A stretch of 61,443 nt of DNA, the filler included, from Sphacelaria rigidula (Eukaryota): the NCBI GenBank assembly GCA_964200075.2. It is 9 parts of 9 records of this genome, joined end to end, with 100 filler letters (N's around TTAATTAATTAA, not from the genome) between each part and the next. Parts side by side here need not be neighbours in the genome. Positions count along the whole stretch, not along the records: positions 1 to 6,739 come from CAXNAA020018327.1; positions 6,840 to 13,577 come from CAXNAA020018328.1; 7 more parts are not named here. The stretch is one strand, 5' to 3'. Below, piece after piece: positions 1 through 11,216 of this stretch. A program made the position numbers and the translations under genes. The notes below the pieces were generated by a model. That model was not told where the DNA came from and made no database searches. It was given only the letters and a program-made list of their open reading frames with translations. Position 1 is the first letter of the stretch. Every line of letters starts with the position of its first letter.

Positions 1-17
1 GGGGGAGGTGTTTTTGT

Positions 18-300
18 TGATTGATTGATTGATTGTCGCACTTTGACTGACCCCCCAGGGGACAAGCTGTGGTCTCATGATAGACGTACCCAAAAAAAAA
101 CGGAACTGAAACACGCTCTGAGAAAAACAAGGAACAGAAGAAAAAAAGTCGAACACAACGACATAGCAGACTAAGTCGTAACAAAAAAAAGAAGTAATAA
201 AAACGTCACCACAAGCAAAGCACAGAAAGAAATGCCCGACCTACAAACAAGAAAAATGGAAAAGACGAGGAAAGAGTGTATTTATAGATGATCTGTTGTA
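18..300 (-). mobile_element. 3' end of RTE-type LINE with (CAAT)n tail
   Basis: Reverse complement reads GAGACCACAGCTTGTCCCTGGGGGGTCAGTCAAAGTGCGAC(AATC)n, matching the terminus of the RTE remnant at ~58375-58430. Confidence 0.65.
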
Positions 301-865
301 TACCATAATGAGTAAACCACCTTGTTCGTTTTACCGTCAATGATACGAAATTTTGAGGGGTATGTTATCTCTTCGATGATGGCGGAGTGTTCTTGGAGGA
401 AGGCATGTATTGTAAAGACTGCTTTTTGTTTGGGAGCAGTAGCTTCATTATATATGTTGATGGGGTGTGATGGAAGCTTAGTTTGCTGGCGTGGTAGTAG
501 GGCTCGAGTGCGTCAAGCGTCGTCGTTAGTACGTGCGGTACCGAATAATATCGGTTTTTATTTAATTTTTTTGTTGTTCAGGCCGCTTCTCGTGGAAAAC
601 AAATAAGAACCTGGAAAACTACCGCCTTTTTGGATCTTCTGCACTGCCTCACGTCCCAAAAGAGGGCTAGACAGACTTTTGACACCTCGGAATGCCTTGA
701 TACATACTCGTCGAGACGGTTTCAGCGCACCTTTGCATTTTCTGGTGGTCACGGATTTTTTCAGCCAAATTTGGATTTTGCTCGGATACTACTCGTTTGG
801 CTCGGAGACTGGTCAAGCCCAGAAACAACAGTGACGTTGAAATCTGCGATCGGGGGCCAGACGGG

Positions 866-1055
866 GGGTAGGGGGGGGGGTACTCGTGATTTTGCACGCC
901 GTAGTCATGGACCACTGACCTCGCATCCCTACAAAGCCGGAACGGGGCACGTCGGGTTTCCCCCGGACCAGGCTCGCAATCAATCACATGAGGGGTGAGC
1001 TGCATTTTGCAAACATTGTTCGACCCGAAGCGTACTGATTATCTTTGCATATGGA
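866..1055 (+). repeat. Dispersed non-coding repeat (GGGGTACTCATGATC...GACCAYTGACC family)
   Basis: Related copies at ~4936-5113, ~2283-2335 (reverse), ~16482-16562, ~27170-27253 (reverse), and directly inside the TIR of the element at 42524. Confidence 0.7.
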
Positions 1056-1515
1056 GGTCAGGTTCTCCCACCCCGCACGATATGATTAGTAACGACCATC
1101 GCGGGTTCCTGAAAAAACCAAGCTGGAAGAAGGTCGTCAACCTGGTTGCCTAGCTTACGCATTGAGTCGCGTGTTTTAAAGGGTTGTTGCCAACCGATAC
1201 CAACCCTTGAACGGGAGGGAGGGAGCAGGAAGGAGTGCATATGACGTCGCAACCCTCTCCCACGAGACGGTGATTTGGAACCCGGTTTTCCGTTTCTTTG
1301 TGACTTTAGTCGGTCACACGCATGATATCCCTCATTCCGTAACAGGGTGGATGGATCTACGCGCCGTTAGTACTCCACGGATTATGCCATCATCCAGGGC
1401 GGTTTTATCGACTACTGAGGGTTCGCGCTTTTGCCGAAATATCCTGTTTAGCGGAGTATCTGTGTTCACTTTGTACGTGCCGAAGCTTTTTGCTCTTGTT
1501 GGTTATTACTCTTAC

Positions 1516-1516
<1 letters not shown>

Positions 1517-1555
<39 letters not shown>

Positions 1556-1693
1556 GTTGTTGTTGTTGTTATTTTTTTTATTTTTGTTATTGTTATTGTT
1601 ATTGTTATTATTATTATTCTCATTATTATTCTCGTTGTCATTATCATTATCACTATCATTATCATCATCATCATCATCATTATCATTATCACT

Positions 1694-1728
<35 letters not shown>

Positions 1729-1840
1729 AATCATCATAATCATCATAATCATCATAATCATTGTTGTTGTTTTTTAATTTGGTCCACACATCAGCCCGAT
1801 CTCTCGAACCCGTGGTCGCAGACATCGGCTCGTCTTCCCA
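1517..1840 (-). repeat. Retroposon 3' end with expanded compound (AAT/AAC/GAT)n tail
   Basis: Minus strand GACCACGGGTTCGAGAGATCGGGCTGATGTG is followed by the microsatellite (1517-1770). The same motif plus an (AAT)n tail occurs at 20337-20415 and 41030-41310. Confidence 0.8.
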
Positions 1841-2029
1841 ATACCATCCCTGCTACTCTTCACAAGAGATGAAGCTCTCATCGTTTTCTCTGAGACTCCC
1901 GAAGGAAAAAAACACCACATAAGCTCATCTTCGTTTTTTCATTTCGGTTCTTTGTCGGTTCTTCGTCGGTTCTTCGTCGGTCCTCTGTCGGTTCTCCGTT
2001 GATTCTTCTCTACGTGGATGCTCGTTCAG

Positions 2030-2155
2030 GAACACCTGCAAGGATATAAGCTGCCCCAGGTTTGGCGAGACCTGGTGAGGCGAGATGAAGCGATAGAGCT
2101 GCTCAGGACCACCTGCAACAGGCCTCTGATGATTGTTAACAAGATCTCGAAGGAG
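2030..2155 (+). CDS. Bestrophin-like (UPF0187/VCCN/BST-type) anion channel, internal exon A
   Basis: TTCAG|GAA...GAG|GTGAG; EHLQGYKLPQVWRDLVRRDEAIELLRTTCNRPLMIVNKISKE contains the NRPL motif and joins exon B in phase 0. Confidence 0.8.
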
Positions 2156-3274
2156 GTGAGAAAAACAATGATCCTCTGCCCCTAGTAAAAGGTACAAAAT
2201 ACATGCAAGTTAGCCATACTTCACGAGAACCTGTTGAGCGTCATGAGCGGCTCGCCACTGCAGCGAGATGGACCCTTTCCCTCCCCCCCCAATGGTCATA
2301 TGACTATGGCATGCGAGATCATGAGTACACCCCTCACACAAACACACCCGTACACAGCAGAGGAGTGGTTTTGATTCTTTCAAGACCTGATCGACCGCGG
2401 GTCTGAATGAAAAGGGCTGATGCAATGGTTTGACTTGAAGAAAAAGGCCCGACGGAATGGGTATTGGATGATGACTCGTCTGAGAATGATGTGGGGCACC
2501 TGGACGGTCATTTATTTCTTGAAGGGTTCATGCGCAGGAGTCGTGCAATGTCGCAGGCGAGCTCTTGAGATATGTCGTACTGTATAGCCCGGACAGGCAT
2601 AACCTTGGAAGTTGGGCGGTTGTTGCCTTGTGTGGTGATGCAAAGTTTTTGTACCGAAAATCATTCGACCGTGAGAACGAACTCATGAAAAAAAATCTCA
2701 TGACAGTGCACATGAAGGATTCAAGGTTGTCATGAAAATATGTTGTTTTTCCCAAGTACTATGTGTGTGTGTCGAACTGCTGATCAACGGAACAAGCAAA
2801 CATATTCCTGTTCCGAAGAAGGAACAATTGAAGCAAATTTAGGTGATGTATGTGGATTTTTTTTCGCTTCGTGTTATAGTATCTGTTTCGTGTCTCGTGG
2901 CTTTTTTTCCTTGTTTTCGTGTCGACTTATTTTGATTATTTTGATTTATTTTGATTATTTTGATTTATTTCACGTGGATTATTTTTTCTGTTTTTCTGTT
3001 TTTCTGTTCTCTACTCATTCGTCCGTTCATTAAAATAATTTCTTCGTTTATTCAGTCGCCTAATTTATTTTTTCGTTACTTTATTCGTTCCGTCATGTAG
3101 TCATGTAGTCATTCATCTGTCTCGTTCTATTTTACATCCGTAATACGTATACTCCGTTTTTTTTTTTTCGCTTGCTCGTTCGTTTGTCCGTTTGTTTATC
3201 AACACACGCTTCATGGAAAAACGTGCGGGACACACACACACATACACACACAAAACAAACAAAAACACAAAAAG

Positions 3275-3467
3275 ATCAAGAGCGTACCGTACACGACAGA
3301 CGAATGGACATCACGAGAAAGACTCGCCATCCTAGCAATGTGCAACAAGCTCGCCGCCACGATCGGCGGGTGCGAGAGGCTGGTCCAGACACCCGTGCCG
3401 CTCCACTACGTCCGACACACAAGTCGCTTCCTAACGATCTGGTGCTTCTTGCTTCCCCTCGTCATAG
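3275..3467 (+). CDS. Bestrophin-like anion channel, internal exon B
   Basis: AAAG|ATC...ATAG|GTGAG; IKSVPYTTDEWTSRERLAILAMCNKLAATIGGCERLVQTPVPLHYVRHTSRFLTIWCFLLPLVI carries the family hallmark GxCERxxxTPxPxxYxRHTSRFL. This frame is missing from the ORF track. Confidence 0.92.
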
Positions 3468-4707
3468 GTGAGATGCTGGCAACAGCCTAGGAGCACCGCA
3501 GACTCGTCTTTGATGAATATTAGCCTGACCGGTAGGGCTGGATGCTTGCGCGGCCAGCCAGTATCTTATGTAGACTTGCTGAGTTGGCAGGCAGTACTCT
3601 GTGTACTGGACCCTGACGATACCCTGAGTCGGCAGCAAAGATCCGCCGGAGTCGCATGATTCAGGCGATCTGGCTCTGTGTGAAGCAAAAAATTGCGATT
3701 CGGGCGTCGATATTGCGGCGAAAGTAGACGGATTTCTGTTGAATGATGAGGCATTACGGTGAGACGTACGTAAATAGGGAGGTGGTGGTAGTACTGTACT
3801 GGCTGTTTTTTTTTTCGGTACCCGTACACACTACTGTCAGTAGTGGTATTATAATACTTTTTTAGTGTGTACTGGTCCAATATCTAACCGTGCCAAGCGG
3901 TGATGGGGTAAGGAGGCCGGACAGTCTGAAAGGTCGTGGAAGCAGCAGGGTAAGAATCAGCCACATGATCGAGAGACCGGCAGTCACAGCACGTAATTCA
4001 CTGTTGGGCAAAAACTCTCAGCCGTCATTTCTCTGGAAAGTGCTTTAAATATGGAGTATTGCAAAATAAATATTGTGACGTTCCTTGCAACCCGGGTGTT
4101 TTCTCAAGTGCTGTGAATATGGAGTATGACAAAAATAGTGTGACGTTCCTCGCGACCAAAATGTTGTTGATCTGGTAAACGAACAATAATACGATCGTAG
4201 ATATGAAAGTCCTTCGGTGGACTTCGAAAATTGTCAATTTTCTCCCTCTTCCCCCCCCCCCCCCCTCTCCTTGGAACACGAAGGAAGACGCAAATAACTA
4301 TGGTCAATGTGACACACAACCAATTGATATGCTGACCACTGTGATGTGTAAAACATTTATTTTTTACTTTCAATTGTTTTACCGAGATCATTCGATCGGG
4401 GTTTTTTTTCCAATACTGTTCGACGTTTTTTCCCAAAATTCTGTTGTGAAAAGTATACCGGGTAAATGTAGGGTACAGTATTTAACACAGGTATGAAAGG
4501 GATGTTTGATCGGTGAACATACCGGAATATTCGGCACACATTTAGGTGTGATGTATTATAGCATGCCGATCAAATATCCCCCACTTCCGTGTACTGTATG
4601 CGCTACAGAAAACAATCGTGCTTTTGTTTTCCTTGTCCTTTTTTTTCCTCATTTTTTCCATGTTCTTGTCTTGTTTGACGACGTCTTGTTGTACCGCACC
4701 ACGACAG

Positions 4708-4808
4708 TCGGAGAGATGGGCATGGCCACCGCTCCGGTAGTGTGCTTGGCAACGTGGGCTATGTTTGGAATCCAGGAGATTGGGTTGCTCATTGAGGACC
4801 CCTTCCAG
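4708..4808 (+). CDS. Bestrophin-like anion channel, internal exon C
   Basis: ACAG|TC...CAG|GTGCG; (V)GEMGMATAPVVCLATWAMFGIQEIGLLIEDPFQ has the GIxEIGxxIEDPF motif. The phase-1 junction with exon B is consistent. Confidence 0.92.
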
Positions 4809-5332
4809 GTGCGGTGTGCTGATTTGTGTTTTTTTAATATACATGTGGGGTAAATTAACCTTGCCGGTACCAATCCGATCTCGATGGCACTATGGATGTA
4901 GCGTTCGAGTAAAACAAAAAAAGGGCGCACTCGCTGGGAGGGTGTAATCGTGATCTTTCATGCCGTAGTCATATGACCATTGACCTTGCATCCCTACGAA
5001 GTCGAGAAGGAGTACGCCGGGGTTTCGCCGGACCGGGCTCGAAATTCAGCTGAATCCTCCTCAGATTGTTCGGCCCGAAGCCTGCTGGTTATCTTTGCAT
5101 TTGGATGACAGCCTCGAATGAGTTGCTTCATTTTTTGGTGTCCCCACTTCCAGAGACACCCACAGGTTCCACGTTGACTCAGGTGTTGCTTGCCTTAATC
5201 ACTTAACCATTGGGCACTAATCCCTTTTGAGACGGATTGTTGCACAAGGGAGCTACTGACACGTCGCTGTGAGAAGAAATGTCGATATGGGAGTGCTCTT
5301 GTTGGTAATGTGAGGTTCCTTTTGAAACCATT

Positions 5333-5502
5333 CACATCTTGAATAATATATGGTCAATAGTTACGATAGACAAGAAACGTACTGCATAAAGTATAGGCCC
5401 ATTGGGACTATTGTCGGCTGACAACAGTCGCAATGGGCCTATACTTTATGCAATACGTTTCCTGTCTACTGCAACTGTTGACCATATATTGTCCAAGGTG
5501 TG
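5333..5502. mobile_element. 170-bp fully palindromic MITE, CACA...TGTG ends, 8-bp TSD
   Basis: ~83-bp inverted arms around a 4-nt loop, flanked by AAACCATT at 5325-5332 and 5503-5510. Confidence 0.85.
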
Positions 5503-6540
5503 AAACCATTTGACGCTGTTTCCGCCCATACGGAAGTCCAGTCCTGATGTGTCGGTGTCGTGGAACACTCGTGACTCCATTCCTTCGTGCAAAATCTCGT
5601 TCCTACTGTGTAGAATCCTATTTTATTCTTTGTCACGTGTCGGTTCTGTACCGTACTCTACAGGCTTTGCTTCTGGAGAATGACGCATTTTGGTCGGGGG
5701 TCGGTAGGTATGTAGTGGTGTGCGAACATGCCTCCAATGACGTACGTGAAAAGCGTGCAAGTACCCCTCTTGACGATTGAGAGTGCGTTCACTGTCACCA
5801 AAAATAAACGGAGCCATTAACCCTTTTGGAACCGTCGATGGGAAAATGACGATTTACAATTGAGGTTTTCTTGGGCAAAGATACGGTGGTTTTTCTTCAT
5901 GGTAATATGGGTCATTATCCGAATGGCCGTCGCCTCTCGAGGATTCGGTGATACGAGAGGCCATGTTCTTTCACCGTAAGGTAATCAAGTGTACGTTCAT
6001 GGAGGTTGTGAGAGCACCCCTCACGTACAATACAATACAGGGTGGAATGAGATGCTAGGGTTGACGAATGAAGTAGATTTGTTGTTTTTGACGAGCAGGC
6101 TAGGGTGCAGACTTGATCGGTGCGGGTCATTTGATCTAAGTTTTCATGATATATGGCTGCTTTGATTGTCTCTTCACGACGACAAGATCTCAACGAAGTT
6201 GTGTATTGAACGTGCGCGATCGTCCCTGTTCCGAGTTTGCGCCGCAGCTGAGATGACGTCTATATATTTTGTTCTCGATTGGTGTTGGTTGTCATGATTG
6301 AACCAACGTCCGTGCCTGTCACTTCTTTTTTCATCCATCGCTTTTTTTTTTTACATCTGTCTTTCGTGTTGTATTTTCCATTTTTTTCATCTTTTTTGTC
6401 CCTTTTTCCCATTTTGCCCTACATTTTAAAAAAATATTGCTGTCATTTTTTTCATTTTTCTTCTTTTTCTGCCATTTTTCAGATTCCCGTTTTTCTCGTC
6501 ATCTCTTCGTGCTTCTTCCCCTCCCCCCTTCTTCTCTAAC

Positions 6541-6739
6541 ACAGCCCCGACATGGACATGAAATAGAGAAGCTAACCCTTTCTACTTAACCTACTCTAAC
6601 ACAGCATGGACATGGACATGAAATAGAGAAGCTAACCCTCCTCTTGATTTAAGCTACTGTAACACAGCCCGGACATGGACATGAAATAGAGAAGCTAACC
6701 CTCCTTTTTATTTAACCTACTCTACCACAGCCCGGACAT
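6541..6739. repeat. Tandem repeat of ~60-63 bp (3+ copies, cut by contig end)
   Basis: Units start at 6541, 6601, 6664 and 6727; core GACATGGACATGAAATAGAGAAGCTAACCCT. Confidence 0.9.
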
Positions 6740-6839
6740 NNNNNNNNNNNNNNNNNNNNNNNNNNNNNNNNNNNNNNNNNNNNTTAATTAATTAANNNNN
6801 NNNNNNNNNNNNNNNNNNNNNNNNNNNNNNNNNNNNNNN
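6740..6839. other. Artificial contig-joining spacer (first of eight)
   Basis: 44 N + TTAATTAATTAA (stops in all six frames) + 44 N. Identical spacers at 13578-13677, 20416-20515, 27254-27353, 34092-34191, 40930-41029, 47768-47867 and 54606-54705, separating contigs of 6738-6739 bp. Confidence 0.98.
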
Positions 6840-6940
6840 AGACGAGTAATACGATATGTGGGTCACGGCCCAACTCGTCTGTGTCGATGAGATGATATTG
6901 CTTTTAGAGCTTAAATCCGTTTTTAGGCTGGCCCAGCTCG

Positions 6941-6998
<58 letters not shown>

Positions 6999-7027
6999 GC
7001 TACTACTGCTACTGCTACTGCTACTAC
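6840..7027 (+). repeat. Retroposon-like 3' end with (CTG/CTA)n tail
   Basis: AACTCGTCTGTGTCGATGAGAT...CTGGCCCAGCTCGTA then microsatellite. Near-identical copy in reverse at 34021-34091; CTGGCCCAGCTCGTA+(GTA)n at 24815-24851. Confidence 0.75.
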
Positions 7028-7245
7028 CACAGTGTTTCAGTGGTTCTCATGACAACCAATCGTGAAAAAATATATTCCAAGCAAGATCGTTACACTGCAT
7101 TGCGCCATGGCCGTAAAAACGTGGAGTTTCTCCGTGCTTATGACCCACGGGAACTGACACATATCGGTCACCTAAAGATACGTAAAAGTTTGCCTTTTCC
7201 GTTCATGATACGTCTACCTTTCCGCAATGGGCTCGATCTATCTCG

Positions 7246-7776
7246 ATGAAGGTACCACTAGCGCTATGCGCGGGCGGTGCAGCTGCTCACATGCCTTGGG
7301 TAGAGATGAATAGGCCAGCTCTCATGTACTCCAATATCCCAACGACAATAACAGCAGCCTTCGTCGCAGCAGTTGGACCTAAAATCGCATGCACAGGGTA
7401 CAGGGCAAACTCGATTGTGCGAGGTAAAACTACGGTGGCGACAGCAGCAGCGCCGCCGCCGCAGGGCGCCGGTACGGAGCTAGGCGAGGACGAACGAGGT
7501 CGAGACCGACAGAAACTCGCCGCTAGCGTAGAGGCGGCAGTTGTGGCGATGCCTCGGAGGCCCAAGTGCGCGGTGGTCGGGGGTGGCTTTGCGGGGTTGG
7601 CAACTGCGTACCACCTAGCTGCTTCGGGGTCAGACGTGACCGTGTACGATCCCAACGAGGTTGGCACGGGCGGAGCGAGCTCGGTTGCGGCCGGACTACT
7701 GCACCCACTGACGCCTCGCGGGAAAAAGATATGGAAAGGGGAGGAGGGTCTTTTCGATGCAAAGGAATTGATTGAG
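7246..7776 (+). CDS. FAD-dependent oxidoreductase (DAO family, MnmC C-terminal-like), exon 1 of 4
   Basis: ATG at 7246; Rossmann motif VVGGGFAGLATAYHL and GASSVAAGLLHP; donor GAG|GTGCC in phase 0. The exact start codon is uncertain. Confidence 0.9.
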
Positions 7777-8859
7777 GTGCCTTGTACTATTGTACTTGCT
7801 GGGTCTGAGTATATCAGCGTACTGACGACGCTCGCAGAGTCTGTATTTGCTGGTGTATCATGTACACCTGCAGGTGCCTCGTGTTGTGTTTTCGCGCGGC
7901 AGTGCACATGTATGTGTGCAATGCTGAGAAAGATTCGGAGTTTGTGAAGTGTATCGAGCACCGTACAGTTGAAAGGATATCGTTGTAGTCTGTGTTCTGT
8001 CTCATGCATGTAGTTTCCCTGATTGTTGTTTTTATTGCTTGTCAAAAGTCGATGCTATCGCTGCATTGTGCTTCATGAACCGACCCGGCAAATGTATGCG
8101 CAATATATATCGACTCGGCGGGCAGATTTTTCGAAGAATGTACTAAGGGGCTATAGCGGGGCGATTTCTCGGCGACTGATGACGAGGCCACTTTTTTTAA
8201 GGGGGCCCTCAAGCGATCAGTCCAAAAATCGCAAGAATACGTTTCGGAGGAGAAGGTTCAAGGCTTCATATTGCGCAGAGCTTGATAGGATTTTGTCGTC
8301 TGTACTGACTGTGTGGTTGTCGAAACGGATTAATGCAGAAACGAGATGGAACTTGAAGAAACAAGCAACAGGCCCGACATCAGTGGTGAACAATCCCCTG
8401 AGATCACGGCGATACTGTTCGTTCGACATTGCAATAGGCCATCTACTATGAAGCAGTGCGCTTTTGTCATTCCTTGAGAAACGTTGATGATTGTCTATCC
8501 AGCGTCAAGATCTCGCTGCGTTGTTCCGAGATACTAGTTGCGACCTGGCACGAAAGTAACACACTTTTCACCGCATGCTTTTGTTATTTCCCGTGTTTTC
8601 TCCAGATCTCACCCAAAAGACACGTCTGTGGTTTTCGTGACGGCTAGCTACTGTACTGTTCAATCACTAAGCTATACTAAGACCTACAGTCCTCCCAAAG
8701 AACTGGCATGCTCCTCGTCGTTGTGCCTCTTCCACCTCCATTATGGGCATAGAGCCCACGGATAGTGGCAGGGTTTTTCGACCAATCAGAGCCTTTCAAT
8801 ATACGAAAATGCGGCGACCCTTCACCAATCAAATGAGAGAAACGAGCGGCGTATAAGTG

Positions 8860-9635
8860 GAAAGATAGCTTTGGTTGGCCCACACCTTGCGCCGCTGTGA
8901 GACAGACAGCTGCCACCATCAATCGCTGAGGATACAGCAGCTCCGCGCTGGCTCAGTTTGTTTGCCCCAACCGGGACGCACCCGCCTTGCGTGTCTTCCC
9001 CGATCACAGCACCCGACTACAACTGAAGTACCAACCAAGACGCAACAGACGGCTGCACGACTGTCACGTGGTCGTTTCAACTTTGTACAGACAGCACTTC
9101 GATCCCACCCCGGTTCTGTGCAGACCGAAGCACGGCATGCAGTAGTACAACTATTTAGGCACCCTCCACCGCACATCACACCATGTTCGGCGTAGAGTGT
9201 TCAAATGCACAACAGCACAGCGACAACTTCAGCATAGAGATGATGGGTTTTGAAGCACCTTGTTCGTTTGACGGAGGACGAAACAGCCAACACACCATGC
9301 ACGTTTTGACAGCGTGTAGACAGCCCTGCGTGCCGACTGACAGTATTTTCTACGGGGACGAATGTAATGACAATCAAGCAACTCAGGCAGCCCCCGCGGA
9401 GACCAAACCGAGTTCGCAAAAGTCTGAACACACCACAGCACAGCGACAGCTACAGCACATGAGAGGACGTGAGTGTGTTTGTGCTGCAGCACAGTGAAAT
9501 AGGACATGTCCCATGCGATCGTTTTCCCCCCAATTTCAGACGGGTCCTCAACGTTCGCCGAGTGACAATTTTACACGCTCGACCATAATCGCTCTTTCTT
9601 TCAATTCACTTTGAATTACCCCTATATGTGGGAGG
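8860..9635 (+). repeat. Dispersed ~0.8-kb non-coding element in oxidoreductase intron 1
   Basis: Colinear copies at ~27870-28370 (+) and ~40325-40807 (-). Confidence 0.8.
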
Positions 9636-9687
9636 TTAGCCAAATTATGACCAATATCCGTTTGTTTGCTTTCTGCGGCGTACCAAG

Positions 9688-9907
9688 GTGGCAAACGCCG
9701 CACTCGCCCGCACAGCATCGACAGCAACAGCAGCAGCTGGGAGCAAGAGTTGTGTAACGACCGACAGGGTGTATCGACCTCTCATGGACGACAAAAATGA
9801 TGAGACATTTTCTAAGGCTGCCATAGATCTCCCGCAGTGGGTGACCAGGCTAACACCCGAGGAATATGCCGAGGCTGTTCCAGGGGCGAATAGCAATTGT
9901 CTAGGCG
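9688..9907 (+). CDS. FAD-dependent oxidoreductase, exon 2
   Basis: CAAG|GTG...GGCG|GTAAGT; phase 0 in and phase 1 out, compatible with exons 1 and 3. Confidence 0.8.
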
Positions 9908-10140
9908 GTAAGTGGTCCTGGCCTGTTTCTTCCTTGTTGTTGGAAGCCCTGGGAGTTGAAAACGGATGCTGCTAATGCTTGGCGTAGATGAGTGGGAACG
10001 AATGGACTGAGCACTGCGCTCGGATCGGCCCCTGTGTTTGCGTAAATTTTAGTCATTTAAGATAGTGCATTCTATCCGATAAACCAGCAGCGGGGAGTTC
10101 ATTACGTTGTGAACGCGCACTCCTTCTGGCATCAAAGCTG

Positions 10141-10494
10141 CACAGGCACCGTAGGTAAGGTACCGTACCGAGCGTGCCCCCGGTATTTACCGGGGTATCC
10201 CATACCATGGTATGCGTAGGTATCGTGGGTATGAGTTTTGAAAATACCGGATTGGGCGGGTACGGTAGGTACTGAAATCTCGAAATACCCTGGTATCGTA
10301 AGTAAGTATCGTAGTTATGACATTTCAAAATACCGAATTTGGCAGGTACGGTGGGCAATGAAATTTCCAAATACCCTGGTACCGTAGGTATCGTAGGTAT
10401 GACATTTCAAAATACCGGATTGGGTCGGTATCGGTCGGGTATAAGATGTCCTAAATATCGGTACCGGGTACCTACCTTCCCTACGGTGCCTGTG
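10141..10494. mobile_element. 354-bp MITE, TIR CACAGGCACCGTAGG, perfect 8-bp TSD
   Basis: CAAAGCTG at 10133-10140 and 10495-10502; internal GGTACC/TACCG-rich repeats; lies in oxidoreductase intron 2. Confidence 0.92.
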
Positions 10495-10566
10495 CAAAGC
10501 TGATGCTGACCTCCTGCTCATTCCTCTTGGCCCTGCTACATGCGTTTGCTACCGCTGTACGTGAAG

Positions 10567-11216
10567 GAGTGCACATAAAGGGTGCGCTGGCTGTAGACGC
10601 GCAAGCGTATCTCAAGGGGTTATGGGCTGCTTGCTGTCACGTGGTCACGGCACCGCCACAAACGAGCAGGGAAGAAGAGGCCTCGCCAGGCAACCGGGGT
10701 GGGGTGGCGATGTGGGTGCATGAGCACGTGGATGACGTGCACGCCTTGGCGGCATCGGGCGAGTTTCATGCCGTGGTGGCATGTGTCGGGCCAGGGGTCA
10801 AGATCCTCCCAGGAGTGAAAGATATTGTCAGTCTGCGATTAGTCCGGGGGCAAAGTCTGATTTATGACAACGTTGATGACTCCCGGACAGAACTCTCGCT
10901 GAAGAGGGAGGAGGCGAGTACAGGGGGTGCAGGGGGCGGGGATGGTGGTGCTGCAGAAAAACCGGGAGATGGGGGAAAAGGCAAATTGCTATCGAGCGCG
11001 GTTCTTTGCGGACAGTACGTTGTGCCGACGGGTGTTAACGGAGCTGTGGGAAACGGAGGGAAGCTGGTTGTTGGTGCTACGCAGGAGCCGATACTGTATC
11101 ACGATGCCTTGGACAAGCCACCTGATATGGCGAAGGCTCTGCGATACCTACGGCCAAAGATTTCCAGTTTCTTCCCGGTCCTACAGGATGTTGAGCCGCG
11201 GGAAGTGACCAGTGGG
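10567..11216 (+). CDS. FAD-dependent oxidoreductase, exon 3
   Basis: GAAG|GA GTG...GGG|GTAGGT; motifs VDAQAYLKGLW, AVVACVG, LRLVRGQ, YVVP, LVVGATQE. Confidence 0.9.

Noticed and set aside
1207..1872. Poly-Tyr/His/Asn/Ile ORFs (also at 6856, 24325-24937 and 41031-41342)
   Set aside because: Translations of trinucleotide microsatellites attached to retroposon ends.
5664..5780. Possible last bestrophin exon (CAG|ALLLENDAFW...)
   Set aside because: Acceptor and phase fit, but the peptide does not resemble the family C-terminal helix; unsupported.
6541..6739. CRISPR-like repeat/spacer pattern
   Set aside because: The 'spacers' are homologous to one another, there are no cas genes, and the context is eukaryotic; it is a minisatellite.
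6784..6795. TTAATTAATTAA recurring every 6838 bp, and ORFs ending in XXX-LIN
   Set aside because: Artificial joining spacer inside N runs. The periodicity reflects length-sorted contigs, so gene neighbourhoods across spacers are meaningless.
7287..8045. 252-aa antisense ORF
   Set aside because: Shadow of the GC-rich oxidoreductase exon 1.
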